Below are positions 11,977 to 28,000 of a stretch of 64,000 nt of DNA, in pieces (within the stretch, counting starts at the first letter, position 1; every line of letters begins with the position of its first letter). Source of the stretch: Octopus sinensis (Eukaryota); contig NC_042997.1 in NCBI RefSeq assembly GCF_006345805.1, positions 164,362,001 to 164,426,000 on the forward strand, read 5' to 3'. The position numbers and the translations under genes were made by a program. Under the pieces are notes generated by a model. The model saw nothing but the letters and a program-made list of their open reading frames with translations, searched no databases and was not told the origin of the DNA.

Positions 11977-14900
11977 GTATGCAACAACCATTCTTGGATG
12001 AGTCTCAAATGGTATTACTTCGGAAAGAATGAAAACATGTACTTTTGATCGGAGTTGTCTGAGTTACTCTTTCTTCATCTAACCCTCTGCCTCTTCGTAT
12101 GTGTGTATTTATTTTGGAAACAAAAAGTCATTAATTCACTAACCTCAACATTTAGGGGTTTCCCATTTCTCAAACTGTAATATTTGCATACATTAGACGC
12201 ACACCCACTGAATTTCGTGTTGATTCTCTTTTCTATTGTATTTATATAATGTAAACTTTTACTACTACATCACTGTTTTTATATATGTATATAATTTCAC
12301 GAATTCTGGCGTACATTCCCTCTATCATAGCTCCTTTCTCAGTTTGTTTTCGAAAACCACCACTGTTCACAGTAACATTTTCGTCATAGTGATCGGATTT
12401 AAAATTTCTTGAACATTTAAAAAAAAAAATTGTTAAAAATACTACAGTTTCGTAAAGAATTTACTGAATTTTATCACAGAAGAGAAATCTTACCATCATT
12501 TTCAGAAAACAAGTTGTATGTCATGTAGGGGGTATTTCCGCCTACTGACGATTCCAATTGTGGGAAATCCCACATTTGGATTCTATTAATTGCAATTAAT
12601 TGCTCGTGATGGTAATGGTGATTCAGTTGCTACTTTATTTTCTATTGTAGTCCTTAAGGTCTTCAAATTTCCACATTGTTATTTTTCCGGCATGTTTGTT
12701 TACTGCGTACAAGCAATTTATTAATGTCGTTTGTTGGTTTTCTGTCTATATTGTATAACCCCAAGAGAAGAAAGTGTTGTTGTTTTTTTATTCTTTGTAT
12801 TGTTTCCTATTTTTTTATATACCACATATATACACCCATCATGACCCATTTAAACTACTATTTCGTCTCTGAAATGTATATTCTATTACAAATTATAACC
12901 AAAAAGCTTACATTTTGAAGATAGTCATTTCATTTATTTGTTTATATGTTCCCTTTCTTCATACCCTTGAATTTTATGATAGTGTAGAGCAGCACCGTGT
13001 GTATACCATTATATGGCAATAAACGATATCTAGATGTAATTTCTCAAACCACTAGCATTTCCAGCTTCATATATTTTTGTCACTTGATTCAACAATCACT
13101 ATTCTTTGATTATAGCGATTATCGTATAGTAATAAACTCTAGGATAGGAGCTTATGAAGTTTTGTTGAGTTTGGTACTGGGTTTTAGAATTTTTTTTTTT
13201 TTTTTTTGAAGTTCTAAATGTTGACTAATATATTTTGATTAAATTTAATTCATGCTTAAAATAACTGAAAATTATTAGTTATTCTAGAAGATTATTTTTA
13301 TTAGTAAATGCTAAAAGTTGAAAATAATAATTTTATGTTTTACTATAGAACAGGTGAATTTTACTCGTTGAATGTTGGTAGAAAATGCTCTTTCATAAGA
13401 GGCGATGGCCCACTATTAGAAAATAAATCTATGCTAAGATTTGATTACACTAGCTGTTTTTGATTAATTAATATAGAAGCACCTTCTCTGGCCACTTACT
13501 GACTGCTACACTTCACTGAACAGAGCATAATAATACTGTTTCTGAGAGGTAGCTATTGATCTTTTCTACAGAATCACTGGAAAGCGGGGAGGAGGAGGAA
13601 GTGTGAAGACATTTGTCTTCGTGATGATTAATGTCCTGATTAAAGAATTGGGTTATTTCGAAGAGGGTTCAGGAGTATTTTATGGGAATTTGTTTCTTTA
13701 TATGTCAGGACCAATAATTATTCTCTCGTCATTTGCTTTGAATGCTAGCTACTTCTCTTTTCATAAGTTGTTCATTAATCACTTTGTTGCCTGACAGAAA
13801 TTTTAGTAGTTACTCTTGAGATTTCCTTTCAGCAGCATTGTCTGATATTTTTCCATTTTATGTTTTTAACTGAATGATGAATCAGCTTCTATGAAACTTA
13901 ATGTTTTTCAACAATTTTCTTTTATTTATTTGATGTAGGTTTAACTGAACTAGCTGTAATTGTTGATAATTTAATTATGATTTTTATTTCCATATAATGG
14001 TTTGTAAATATTTGAAATGAATATATATTCAGTTGTAAAGCTGAAAGGTTTTTATTTTGTTTCTTGTCATTACATTATTGCTTAAAAGATAGATTAATAT
14101 TGGATACCTTTGAAAAGTAGGAACTTGCTCAAGAATATAAGAATATATACTTTCTAGAGAACTACTTTGATCAACATCCACTTTAATGATTCAGTGGTAT
14201 GTTTCTGCTCCAATCAACACAACTTAAACTTACAGCTGCTAACTTAAATTGAGCATGTTCTCTTGTTCTTAAGGAAAAAAAAATGTAAGAAAATAAATGA
14301 AGCCATTTCTTTTTCTTAGACTTTTTTTTAAAGTTGCTTATTTATCCCACATAGGTGAGACAGGTGAATATTTCTTTGCAGTAATAAGTTGACTAAATTC
14401 TTGGGTATAGATTAGGAAAAAATCATTTGACTTGAATAATATTGGATGAAATACATTATTTTAGTTAGTTATGGCTAATCTTCATTAAGTAATTATTTGA
14501 AGAGACAATGTTTGAAACATTTGTTATAATTTGGATGATGTTATGAAAGATTTCTCTGATCTTTATTTGGCAATAACTAATCTGAAAGCAAGATAATATC
14601 TTGTTTATTAATTAGTATTATTTAAAATTGTTATATAATCATTCAGATTTTTGTTTTCTTTCCATTTGTTTCACATAAGAAAAAAAATTACCGGCCTTTA
14701 TTTTCATGTAAACAAAAGCAAGAATTATTTTCTATACTAATTCATTTTTAGTGTTATACATGTTTCTAAATATAGCATTCTCTGTCTTGTTACTAATCTA
14801 GAATCAAACTATTGCAGATTACAAGTAATATTAGTATTAACATTTAATTTAGACAAACAAGTCTCCAATCAGTTGTAGCATCTGTTACTAAGACATGAAA

Positions 14901-17324
14901 TTATGACTAGAGAAATTATAGGGAATTAAAACAATTAGATTAATAATAAGATAAATAGCTGATATCTACCCAATGAAGAACATGATTGCAATTATGTTTT
15001 GTGTTGAACTGATAAGTGATCATTGTGAAATGAGTTCATAACAAATAGCTTTCTTTTATTAATAGACATAGCTTTGATTAAAATCTTGTTTGGTGGCCTT
15101 GTTTACTATGTAAATAAGGGTGGTTGCTTCCAAAACATGTTTATTAGTGGCACATTAATAAAGGTTAATGACTTTTAGTTAATTGTTTGTTATTGCTCAA
15201 TCCTCTGCTGTCTTTATTTTATTATAGTTTTTAAATTCTGACAACATTTAGTAGAAATTTTCAGAGCTGAGTGCTTTTGGAAACTCTCATGCAGATGATT
15301 TATTAACTTTATGGGAATTCCATGTTTTAAAAAAATGTTGTTTATAATTAATTTGTTAAACATTTTCCAGTATTAATGAGTGTAACTTTGCACTGTAACC
15401 CAACCCAACCCAAACTGTCCAGCTCATGCCAGCATGAGCAGTGGATGTTAAATGATGATAATGAGAATGTTAATATTGAATATTTGTTCAAACTGATATA
15501 TTGGACAATCTCCTTTTAATAAATAATGTGCCTTGTCTTAAATTTCGGAGACTTGTGATATTCAATTTGAAATATAAAAGTGAAATATTTGAGGGCAATT
15601 AATTGATCAAGTCTTTATTAAATAAATATTTAATGGATACACATTGATATCTTTGTTTGAATCAGTAAGCTCAGTATTTTTCTTGGTAAACTGCTTACTT
15701 TTTTCACATCTATTTATTTATTTGCTTTCCCCTGTATTCATTATTCTTTCTGCTATTACTTTTAAAAAGATTTACTCAAGACTATTTTTGCAATCAAAAA
15801 CTTGACCCTTATCTTTCAGAAATCCTTCTTTAGTAATATAAGATTTGATAGAATGCTTTACTATGTCTAATTTGGTACTTTACTGATCGTCGTTCAAATC
15901 TGCTGTAATTGATGATCCTTTTTTGCCCCTCTGAGAGCAATTGATAATAACCTTCAAAACTAGTCTAATAAAAGAAAAATCAATATTTGGTCTTAAAAGA
16001 GACCAAACCACACCTGATCAGGAGTGTTTAAAGTGTGTTTTAATTTTCTAGAATTTTGCAGTTTTAATTCCCATTCCATTTTCATGTGTTGTAATAACAA
16101 ACCATATGAATTATTCATATTAGACAGTAAAACAAATGTTCAGGTATAAATAATATGTACTGATTCAATAATTTTTCCATAGAATATTTCTATCATCCTG
16201 ATCAGTGGTATTCTAATCTAAATAGCCATAACCATTCTGTGTGTGTGAGCAGAATAGCCTGGTGGATGGGCTAGATGTTTTGTTTCAATTAGGTCGTTTT
16301 CTATATTATTGTATTTCACTTAACCGTTGAAAAATAGGCCTGCTCTTGATACCTATACCTCTGATCATCCAAGATTAAGCAGTTGACTATTTCACATTGC
16401 ACATTACTTTCATAATGTATAACCAATTTCATACAATTCCTATTTGACTTAAGTATAAAAAATTAAAGTAATTGTATTTTATTTTTCCTAGATATTCATA
16501 AGCTCTATTTGTAGGAATTTGTAAAAGGTGAATATGAAATACTTAGAGCATCATAAATTGAATTAAAAACTAAAATTTCAGTTTTAAGCAAGTAATTATT
16601 CAACATTTTATGGAAGTTGTTTTGGCATTACATTATGGATTTAAAAGATAAAAGTGAATCACTGCCATAGATGTTGTGTTGTCTTTTAAATTTAATTTTT
16701 ATCATCATTTACAGATTTGTTAGTTTCTTCTTTGTACTTACTTAAACTGCCTAAAGTAGCAATTAAATCTTTTATGGCAATGTCTGTAGAATGCTTCATT
16801 AACTACATCTATGATATTGGTCTTTTCTGAATTGACTGGGGCTCCCTAGCAACATAGTTTGGTTTAGATGCAGTTTTTGATTTGAGTTTAATAAGTGAAT
16901 TTCTATAAGAATATTTTGTGTGATTTTAGAGTTGTAAAAGTAATATTGATTATTCAAAATTCAGATTTTGCTTTTGATATCATCATTGAGATAGTTATTT
17001 TGTATAGTTGTCTAGAGCAAAGGTATACTTGTGTTATGGCTGCCATTATGAAATAACTAATGTAGTGCAGTATAAAAAACAGTAGGTGGTTGGAGATTTG
17101 ACATTTTAGCATAGTTACTAGAAAACATTTTCACTTCCTTGATTTAGATATAGAGATAAACTGGATCAATAGATATGGCTTTGTATCCCTTTTGGACAAA
17201 CCACTCAAAACTACTTGCCTTAGTTTAACTGTAATATTGAACCAGACCAGAAAAAAGAGTTGTCCATCGTCTAATGCTGGCATTGTTTTGTCATTTATGA
17301 AAGGATTAATTATTAAATTTGTGA

Positions 17325-17610
17325 AGGTGTGTGACTTAGTGGTTAGGCTATTCAGCTCACAATTGTAAGGTTGTGTTTGATTCCTGGCAGTACATTGAGT
17401 CCTTAAGGAAGATACTTTATTTCATGTTGCTCCTGTCCACTCAGCTGGCAATAATGAGTTGTACCTGTAAGCCAAAGGGCCAGCTTTACTCTGTCATGCT
17501 GAATCTGTCAGAACTATGTTAAGTGTATGTGTGTTTGTGGAGTGCTCAGCCACTTGCATGGAAATTTCATGAGCAGGCTGCTCCATTGATCAGATCAACA
17601 GTAACTAATG
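17325..17610 (+). mobile_element. tRNA-derived SINE (third family; related fragment near 1570-1730)
   Basis: gtgtgacttagtggttagg..tttgattcctgg..gttgctcctgtccactcagctggc..tgtcatgctga..gagcaggctg. Confidence 0.6.
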
Positions 17611-18938
17611 GAGTTAAAAAAATGTTAATTATTAAACTTGCAAAATAGCTCTATTAAGTTCAATTCTTTAAAGCTCAGTCCGTCCACGTTAGATCCAAAA
17701 GATCTAATCCATATTTTAGGCAGTTATAGAAAAATGTTAAAATTTTGAAGAATTACAGTGGATAAAACTAAATTTCATTTAGCATGGCCTTGTGGTTAAG
17801 AAGTTCATTTCATAACTACATGGTTTCAAGTCTGTTCCTATTGCATGGCACTGTGCAGATGTCTTCAACTTTCACTTCAGACTGATTAATATCTTGTGAA
17901 TGGCATTAACAGATGGTAACTAGGAGGTGCAGTGTGTGTATTTGCACATGCAAGTGTTGATTTTTATAGCATGCAGTATAAAAACTATGCCATCACCTAT
18001 GCAACTGTCTTTCCAATCTACTGCAGACATATGCCTGGCCATTAAGCTGTTCATTATGCAACATACTCTGGGAAATAGTATCTTACTTGGAAACTAGTGA
18101 TGGTTGGTGACAGGATGAACACCAAGCTGTAGAAAAGCTTCTTCAATAAGTGTGATTCATACCGGTATCAAAGTGTGGTTGTTGAAATGGTGTTTATCTG
18201 TCTGATGTTAGGTAATCTTGTAAATTTAAATATTTGCTCATGTTTTTAAATTAGCTGTTTAATGATTAGAATCTCTTATTGCCATCTATTAACATGAATT
18301 GGGAGTGGTTAGGTCAGCTGCAACAAGCAAACTGATTTATCTTAGGATACAGTACATAAACTAGTGTATAATATTGAATATTTATTACATAGAATTTAAT
18401 ATGAGATGTTTCTTGTTGTAAGACTCTAAAATTTCTTTCATGAATTAGTTATTGAACCTCTTACAATATTTCAAGTTTTCTCAGCTGAACCAGTAACTAT
18501 TCTTCATTGAAAAGATCTTTTTGCATAAAAGCAACACTTATATACTATCTATTTATTGTTCTGGTATCTAGTCTGCTTGACCTCAACACTTTTTTTTTCC
18601 TTTTCTGTTGAAGTTTGATCTAGAAAACATTTTTTGAAGTGTAATAAACTCAAGACTTGCTACTTGCATTGCTTCTCACTTTAGGGTAAATTTGGATATC
18701 ACTTAATACTGCAGATGTGTTGTTTTGTAAAAAGTTTTCCAGTTATAAAACCTTTATCATAATCATCTGAAATTGATAGTTGTAAGTAAGATGCTACCTT
18801 AAAATGTTCTTCATGGGAATTAAACTTGTACAATTAATGCCTGCAGAGAAAGATTATAAGGATATTCTGTTGATTTTTGTGATTAAATATAACTTCTTTT
18901 TACCTTACTAATTAATGAAATTATTATTTTCAGCGAAC

Positions 18939-19049
18939 ATGGGAGATATCAAGCAGTTTTTATATGCTTGGTGTGGTAAACAGAAGGTCACTCCTGTTTA
19001 CGAATTCAACACTGGTGGACCGAAACATAAACCTCGGTTCAAATGTGAA
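18939..19049 (+). CDS. DHX9: DHX9 coding exon 1 (start codon, dsRBD1 N-half)
   Basis: Acceptor tttcag ends 18933, ATG 18939; [37 protein letters not shown]; donor gtaagt. Confidence 0.95.
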
Positions 19050-22000
19050 GTAAGTAAAGCTTTAGATTTTTTTGTGCTTTATAAATCACTCAAATTGCAA
19101 AATAATTGTTCTTAATTATTATTTTTTTTAAATAAAAGTACCAACACGCCTATATTTTTCAACTCTTAGCATCTGTAGTAATTTATTTCTTTTCATTTTT
19201 ACATGATTTCAAAGACATTATTCCTACACTTCAAATTTTATCTCTAAAGTGCACTCCTATAAATAAACAGTCAACATGTGTGAGATATTGAATGCTAAAA
19301 ACTCCTTTAGTTTTCCTCCACAATGCTTGCTAAATGTTTAGTTCTGTCTTCCACCTTGATTTACATGATGATATGCTCTAACATCTGAAATATATCTTGT
19401 TCATAGAAAACAAGAATATCATACATACTGTCGTTAGGAAGGGCATCCAGCCATAGAAACACTGCCAGATCTGACTGGGCCTGACGAAGCCTTCCAGCTT
19501 CACAGACCTCAGTTGAACCGTCCAACCCATGCTAGCATGGAAAGCGGACGCTAAATGATGATGATGATGTCCCCATTTTATGGTTCACTCCAAGCCTGTC
19601 CCTTTTTTGACTTCTTACAAACACTCTTATTTTATAAGGCAATTTCTGAACAATAGCATTATTATAGTTATGTTTCTAGTTAATGACTCATTGTATTTCT
19701 AATGGCAAAAGTGTCAATAGAATTAGTGTCGAACCTGATGCAAAGCATTTATTTAGTCTGTAAATTTGCACTTTTTTTTTTACCTCTTTTGCCAGTGTTT
19801 ATATTCTAGGCAGATAATAGAATTAATGAAAGATACACACATGCTTAAATAATTGCATGCATTTATATTTGTCCAGTGAACTTCTGTGCAGTTTCCTTCT
19901 GCTGAATTCCACTTGTCTATTATTAGCATTCAACCTGACGTTATGGTAGAAAACATTTGCCTCAAGTACTGCACTGGGATTGAACCTGGGGCCTTGAAGT
20001 AAGCCTTTTAACCACACAATGTTTTTCATTGGGTGCCATTTTTGTCTCTTTAGATCTTTTACTTCCTTTCTTAGAACTGACATCTGGTAACCAACTACAA
20101 CAATTCAACTTAGCAATAAGTATTCAATATAAACATAAACTATACTAATTTTACTGAGCTGTAGATACAAGCATGGCTTGTAGGGTTAAAAAGTTTGCTT
20201 TGTAAACTACAAAGTGCAAGGTTGATCCCATTGTAAATACACCTCTGGCATTTGTCTTCTACCATTTTCTTGGGTTGACCAATAACTTGTGAGTGGAATT
20301 TGATTAGTGGAAATTGAGCAGATGTACATGGTTTGTGAGTGAGTATCTACGAGCAAAAGATATAAGCATTGGCAAGAGACACTCCTTTGTCTCTTGCACT
20401 ATCAGAAATGCAATCAACCAGTAACTGACCTATTGCAACTCTGAAGTTTAGGATGCTGTTCAACTTCAATGTAAAACCATCTCACATCTCTGGTGCTTGA
20501 TGGTTTCATGTGGGTGTATTTTCTACCTTGCTTTCTTGACTTAATAAATGAAGCATTTTTCTACACCCGTTTGGTTTTGACAGATGTATGAATTTGGATA
20601 TTGGCATGAATTATTGAATGTGTTATTTCTTACAAAGTTTTATAACATAGCTGTTGTTTTAGGTATATACATTTCTGTTTAAAATCTCATTTTAATTTTT
20701 CTATTTATTAACGTAGGCTGAAATCATAAAACAAGTGCTGGAATACTGACTGCTTGTTCATGGAATCATTCAGATTTTGTTACTGTTCTCATTATGTTGT
20801 ATGCTTAAGCATAGTACTATTTTCTTGTGTACTTTGCTGAAAAATACGTCTGAATCCACTCTAATTTGTAAAACTAACTTTTTTAATGGAAGTGTTCTGT
20901 GAAATACTTAACATAGGCACATGTGGCTGTGTGGTAAGAAGCTTGCTTCCCAACCACATCATTCTGGGTTCAGTCCCACTGTGTGGAACCTTGGGCAAGT
21001 GTCTTCTATAGCCTCAGGCCAACCACATTCTTGTGAGTGGATTTGTTAGACAAACTGAAAGAAGCCCATCGTATGTGTGTATCCTGTGTTTGTCCCCATA
21101 ACTTAGTACTGGGATCAATTCATTTAACTAAAAATTCTTCAGGGTGGTACCTCAGCATGGCCTCAGTCTCATGGATAAACTCTAAAATGGTTATAAATGA
21201 GGTAATTTACAAGACTTTTTGCATTGGTTAAAACTGTTTATAAATCAATTGTCCAAGAATATCACAAACTATCTCTTCAATATTTAGTATAAATAGCTAA
21301 CAAATATAAAGGGCAATAATTTGATCTTATAGATCTATATATGTTGTTATTATTGTAACTACTTTCCTACTAGAAACAAATTTAAATGATTATGCTATGT
21401 AATTTTTCTCTGTTAAACACAAGTATCCAAGGAATCTAGCAGTGACGTGTATTGGCAAAAACCAATTTTAAGTGTCATGGGAAGTGAATTCTAACCATTC
21501 TTCTGCGTCAGAATTTTCTCTTTACATCTCATTAATGTTTCATCTGTTTGTATAATCCAGTCTTATATAAAGTTCTTTAACACATCTCTGAAAAACCTTA
21601 ACCTCCTTTATCTGCAAACTCTTATAGACTTCATTCTAAAAAAAAGAAGTTTTTTTTTTTTTTGTTTTATTTCAAACTTTGATGTTAAAAAGTATTCATG
21701 ATATAATTTTTATTTTCAATATTACTGAATGATTCAGCTTTTGATCAATTTTTTTTTTTAATGGTCTGTTGACATTAAACATTATTACATGGAGTTAAGG
21801 TGGTAAGCTGGCAAAATGCTTAGCATCGTTTCATCCATCTATTCTGAATTCTAATTTCACTGGGGTTGACTAGCCTTTCATCCTTTCACGGTTGATAAAA
21901 TAAGTACCAGTTGAGCACTAGAGTTGGTGTAATTGACTTAGCCCCACCTCTGAAATTGCTAGCCTTGTGCCAAAGTTTGAAACCAATATTACTTGAGCGT

Positions 22001-25000
22001 GTTTGAAATTTTTTATGAGTTTGTGTTGGAATTAGAGTGTATTTGTGGTGAGCTGTGTTCTTGATGTTATAATCATTTATATATTAGTTTCATGGATTTC
22101 TTGTTGTTGTCAAATTGTACTTGTTAGTGTATTTTTATATAATTAGTTTTACATGGTTCTGCTTTTGTTTCTTACAAGTATCTTTCTGTAACTTTAAAGC
22201 TCTGAAAACCAAAGTTTTTAGAAGCAGTTTTCTTATACTGTTTTCATATGATGTAAATGAGATGGAAGGAGAAGGTGAAACATTGATTTTTATCATGAAG
22301 TAACCTCAGAAGACTTACTAGATCCTAGCTTATGATGTAGGGCAGGAACACACACATACACATACTCTCCCTCCCGCTCTCTCATACATAATGTTATTGG
22401 CTGAAAAGAGCAGGTGACCAAATATATAAATTTCTTTGGAGCTCTTTTAAATTGATATTAAATAAAACTCTATCAATAGTATAGATGCACCAGGAATTTA
22501 GCTTGTGCATAGATATTAATTCTGGTTGCTTTCATGCCATATTTTACTGTTGCCAGTGGATTTGTTAGATCTAAAGCTAAATTTAGTAGTTATTGAAAAG
22601 CAAGTTTGTGTCTAAATAAAGTATCTGGTTTTATAACCCATGACATAAATTCTTCGAATAAGTAGTTTAATTGTATAAAATTAGTGAGATTGAACGTTTT
22701 ACCATTCTTTCGCATATCAGCATCCCACATATTATAGAATTGATGCATTCCTGAAAATCTTACATTCATGTGATATGGAAGTCAATGGAAAAGGGTTTGC
22801 ATTACAGAATTCTTTGACGCAAAAAGATTTTCAGGAACACGTACCTTCCATAATGTGAAGGATCCTTGTTTGTTTACTCATATATGAATGTAAAGTTAGG
22901 TAAATCAGGAATAGTAAAAACTTTAGACTGTGAAAGATAGTTGTATAGATACACAAACATGGCCATGTGGTTAAGCAGTTCTTTTTGCAACCACGTGGAT
23001 ACGGTTTAGTCCCACTATATTGCACATTGGACATAGGCAAGTGTCTATTACCATAGCCCTAGGCCAGTTCTTTGTGAGTTAATTGGTACAAGGAAACTAG
23101 TTAGTCCATTGTCTTTGTATGTGTGTGTGAAAATGCATGAGTGTTGATATTTTGCTTGTTGTTATATGAATAAAGTGATGACTTGTCTCTCTGTATTTGT
23201 GGAATAGGGGAAAATCTTTTACTTGAAAAAGAAATTGGTTGGCAACTAGAGAAACTGGCTATTAAAAGTCTTTGAATTCTTGTCCAAGCCATACAAGCAT
23301 AGAAAAATGGATGTTAACAAATGAATGAACATAATGCATACATCTCATCCGAATTTTGTATCTACTTTTGTGTGTGTTGTGTGTTTGTCATACACCACAC
23401 TGGTTTGTCTACACCTACCATATTATGACTTCTTAAGATTTTTTTGCATGTTAGAGGGAAAAGAGGTCAGTCCTGCTGTATTTCTTGGAAGAAACAAACA
23501 CTGACTGGTAGCTTTTCCAGCCTTCTTGGAGTACTGCATAGCTGATTCTGTTAGAGTAAGAGAGAAAAAAAAAAAGTCCTAGTACATGGGTTGGATGCTA
23601 AAAGGAATATTTGAACTTACAATGTACAATCTGGAACAATATTACTGCAACGTTTTTGCTGAATTCGCTTATGATTCTTCCAATCAACTGCTTTGTGTGT
23701 TTGTGTATTTAGTCAGTCTAATTATCTGTGAAATTGGTTGTTACAAAAATATGTTTTGTAGGGAGAATAAGGCAAGTGAAAAATGTTCAGCAAACCATTA
23801 TCTCTCTTGACAACAAAGTGTTATTACCAGGGCTGTGGAGTCAAAACAAAAAACTTCGACTCTGACTCCTCTACTATTGGCACCTCCGACTACTCTTTAT
23901 GTAATTGATTGGGTTTACATATCCCTTAAAGCATATGCATTCACTTGTACTTTGAGTATGCCTATATGTTATAACTGGTTTATATTAAAGAATAAAGATA
24001 TTGTGAGTCGGAATTGATATAGTTTTACCGATTCCGTCTCCAGTTATTCCTTAATTGTTTCTGACTCCAACTCCACGGGCCTGGTTATTACATGAAACTT
24101 CAGTTAGCCAATCAGATAGATTTTTCTGTATAGAGAGATTTTATCCAGGTTGATTCATCTTAACTGATAATGTCTTTCAAAATTCTTTTCCACTCATATT
24201 CATTTACATATGACATTGTACTCTTTTGTAATGAAATTTTCACTCAGACTGTTTGTAAACTTTTAAGTTTTCATGGCTGAAGAAAAATTAGTTTAATTCT
24301 AAGTTTAGTTTACATATATTTCCATTGTTTATTCTCTATCAACAGTAGGGGAACTGAATCGATATGCCACAGTTATAAAATCATTGATACTCAAAGCTTG
24401 CCCTTATCATTTTTGTGTGTATGGGTGCCTTAGGTAAAAACACATTTATCAAAGCTTGTGCTGTTGTTTAGCCTCAGTTGAGCACTGGTAGAGTAAACCT
24501 ACGATCAAAAAGTGTTTCAGTTGTTGTTCTCCCTCCCCACCTCTCTTTCTCTCATTGAAAGCATATCTACTACTACAAATGTCTGCTTGCTAATACCTTC
24601 AGTGCCTGCTTAGAGCAGCAGTGTACAGCCTATGGGTTGCATTATTCTGAAAGAGTTGTGGAGATAAAAATCTTTCATTTTTGTAATTTTTGATAAAACA
24701 TAAAATGTTCTGGAGAAAAATACTTTTTGCTGCAAAGACTGAAGAATTTTTCTGTGAAGAAAATTATGAAATGCTAATGTGTGTCTGTTGTATATGTATA
24801 CTGTATATAACTTAGGTGTTTAGAAAACAGTTGCAATTGATGTTGATTTGCTTAAATGGGTTGCAGTGGTGCGGCTTGTATGTTAGAGGTTGGTTCACTG
24901 TAAAAATATATAATTGTAGGCATCAACAGTTTATTCTTGTAATTGGCAGATTTTGTCATCCTCTTTTGGTAATGGCTTCTTGGTATTTTGAGCATTCTTC

Positions 25001-28000
25001 TATTTTGAACATCTGTAGTAAATGATTGTATGTTAATAACAAAGTGCCTTTGTCTTTAAGTGAAGAAACACTGAAAAAGTACTAAAATAGGGGAGTTGTA
25101 ATTGATTGTAGCATAGTTGAAATTAAATTCCAATTCATAAGTCCTCTGACCCCAACTATTCATAGTGTAGATATTTTGAGATTAGAAAAAAGCACTCTGC
25201 ATACTGTTTCACAGATATATCAAATTTTAGACGTCTTATGTTAAGTTGGCTTTTCAGGAATATTTTACAGATAAGTCTGCTTTTGAATGCAACAGAAAAT
25301 TTTCTTCCGGGAAAATATACTGCAAATTCTTTGTCTATTGTTACAAGAACTAGGGGTTTATGGACAGAATTCCTGCATAAACCTTTTTTTTTTTCTTCGT
25401 AATTTCTGACATTAAAATTCAAGTGTATCTAACTTATTAGATACATATTATTGTTGTTTTTAACATGCACTTTTCTATGCTTGCATTGGTTGGGTGGAAT
25501 TTGTTGAGGTAGATTTTCTACTGCCAGATGCCCATCTTGTCACCAACCTTCACCTGTTCCGAAGTGAGGTGATATTTCCTCATGACCACATATTTTTATG
25601 TAAGATTGGAAATGAATGACACCACTTTCGTAAGAAGTGAAGGCAAGGCTGGGACATATAGGCACACACACACACACACACACACACACTCTCTCATGTG
25701 TGATGTGTTTCTTTCAGTTTCTGTCTACCAAATGCATTCACAAGGCTTTCATCAGTTCAGGGCTACAATAGAAGACACCTGTCCGAGGTTCTACACAGTG
25801 GTATGAAACTTTAACCTTTTGGTTGGTTTAGCAACTAAACAGTTATGCCTGCACCTCAAAGTTAAGCAAATAGAAACAGTTGTGAATGTGTTCTTCATCA
25901 TTAATTTTGTTGTTTTTCAATTTTTTTTTTTTCATTTTTTTTTCTATACTTGCATTAAATTAGCTTACACTTGTCACTGTCATTTTTCATCTGGCAAACC
26001 AACAACAAAGTCATCAAGTGATGGATGGTGTGTCTTATCATTTATCATTTCTTTCTACTCCTTGCTGATGTCATAGATTCAATAGTTCAACAGGATTTAA
26101 CAGGTCAGAGGATCACATCTTGTTTCAGTTCTGGCTTAGTTTCTATGGTTGGATGCTCATCTAACACAGCATACATTCTTTTCATGGCACTAGCATTATA
26201 GAGGTTGTCTTGCCCACAACAAAACTAAAGGTATCCCTTAAAACTTTGTGTTGTTTTTGCTTCATTTACCAACCACTTTATAGAGTGCTTTTTTTTTTCA
26301 TGCACTAATAGTCGTGAAATCACCTTGTAACTCTGAGGGTGAAAGTGCATTAATAGACAGTGATGATATTTGGTGAGGTGCTGTTAGAAGTTACAGTATG
26401 ATGGAAGGAATGGATTTGTTGTTGTGAGGAGGTGGTGGTTGTGGAGAGAGTTGCGGGGTGGGGGTGGGGGCTGAGGAGAGCACAGAGAGAATGGTGAGTG
26501 AAGTTTGCAAGACTGAAATACCACCCCTCTGCATTTGAGCATCATGATTTAGAAGACTAGAGAAAGAAGGGTAGCAGGGTATGTATAGGTTGGGTGGCAT
26601 GGTATTATGTGTAGAGGAAGAGATGAAGAAATTGAGGATATAAGGTATAGAAAGAGCTGAGGATGCAGTAAGTACACATAGAATATTTTCATGGCAATTA
26701 TGAGTGGCTTAGTATGATTAGTAGAATGTGTGTATACATATACACAGAATTTTGCATGTTACTTTAATTAAATAGCACCCTTTCTGTTATCACTCACTTA
26801 ACAGCATGGACTGAGTCCATTTTATTGTGCATTGCACCAAAGAGGTGGTTTTTCAGGTCTAAAGAAGCTCCTCAACTATCATTCTTGAATTTAATATTTT
26901 ATAAAGATATCAACACATATGTTGAATCACTGTTTTAAACTCAAATTCAACCACAATGCAATCTCACTTGCATGTAAAACCTTGAGAAACTGACCATTTT
27001 TAGAATTTACTTGTTATATTGATATAAAAATATAGTCTGTAACTTAGAGCAAACTCATTGAATCATTTACAGCGTTAGGTGTGGTTCAACATAAAAATTG
27101 TCTCCATTATGTAGGCAGAGAGGTTGGAGTTGCAAATATTCTTGGGCAGTCTTTTTAGCACTGAATAGGAGATATTTAGGGTTTGAAAAGTTACAAAAGA
27201 AGTTCTCATGTTTGGTGCTGAGAAGGGGTGGCTATGCTATCCTCCAACATATACTACAATATGTAATCCAAAGTAAATGGATAAAATATTCTAAAGTTTA
27301 CTTCCTTTTACATGTATGTGTAGGACCACTCATGGCTTTCTGGTTAACTTTGCAACCACATGGTTTCAGGTTCAGTCTCACTGCATGGCATCATGGGCCA
27401 ATGTCTTCTACTGAGCCCCCTAGTGTACCAGTGCCTTGTGACTGAATTCAGTAAATGGAAAATGTTTAGAATCCTGTTCTGTGTATGTGCATGCATGCAT
27501 GCATCTTTGTTTGTTGCTCTCTACTTGACAACTGATATTAGTTTGTTCACGTCTGTGTAACTTAGTGGTTCATGAAAAAGAGAAACTGATAGAGTATCAG
27601 GCAAAAATAAGCACCAGGGGTTGATTTGGTTAACTAAACTCAGGTTAGTGCCCCAACATGTCTATAGTCCAATGACTGTAAAAGAGAGAGAGAATGTGTG
27701 TGTGTGTTTTAATAAAAATTGCTTATCTTGTCTTCATCTTCCATCCATTCCATCAATATTTCTCAGATATTCTTTCAGAGTTGCCATTTTTAAAGTACAA
27801 TTCTTAGACTTGTGGGCAGTGCTACATACATGAAATATAAATAGAAATATGATTAGCATAGTTTTATCTTTCAGAAGTCAATAACCATTTAACCATTTGT
27901 ACAACTTGCTCTCTGACCTGTTGCTGATATAACATAGTTGCAAACTGGCAGCAACAGTTTGAGTTATGATTTACAATTTGTAAACTGATTCCTGATCACA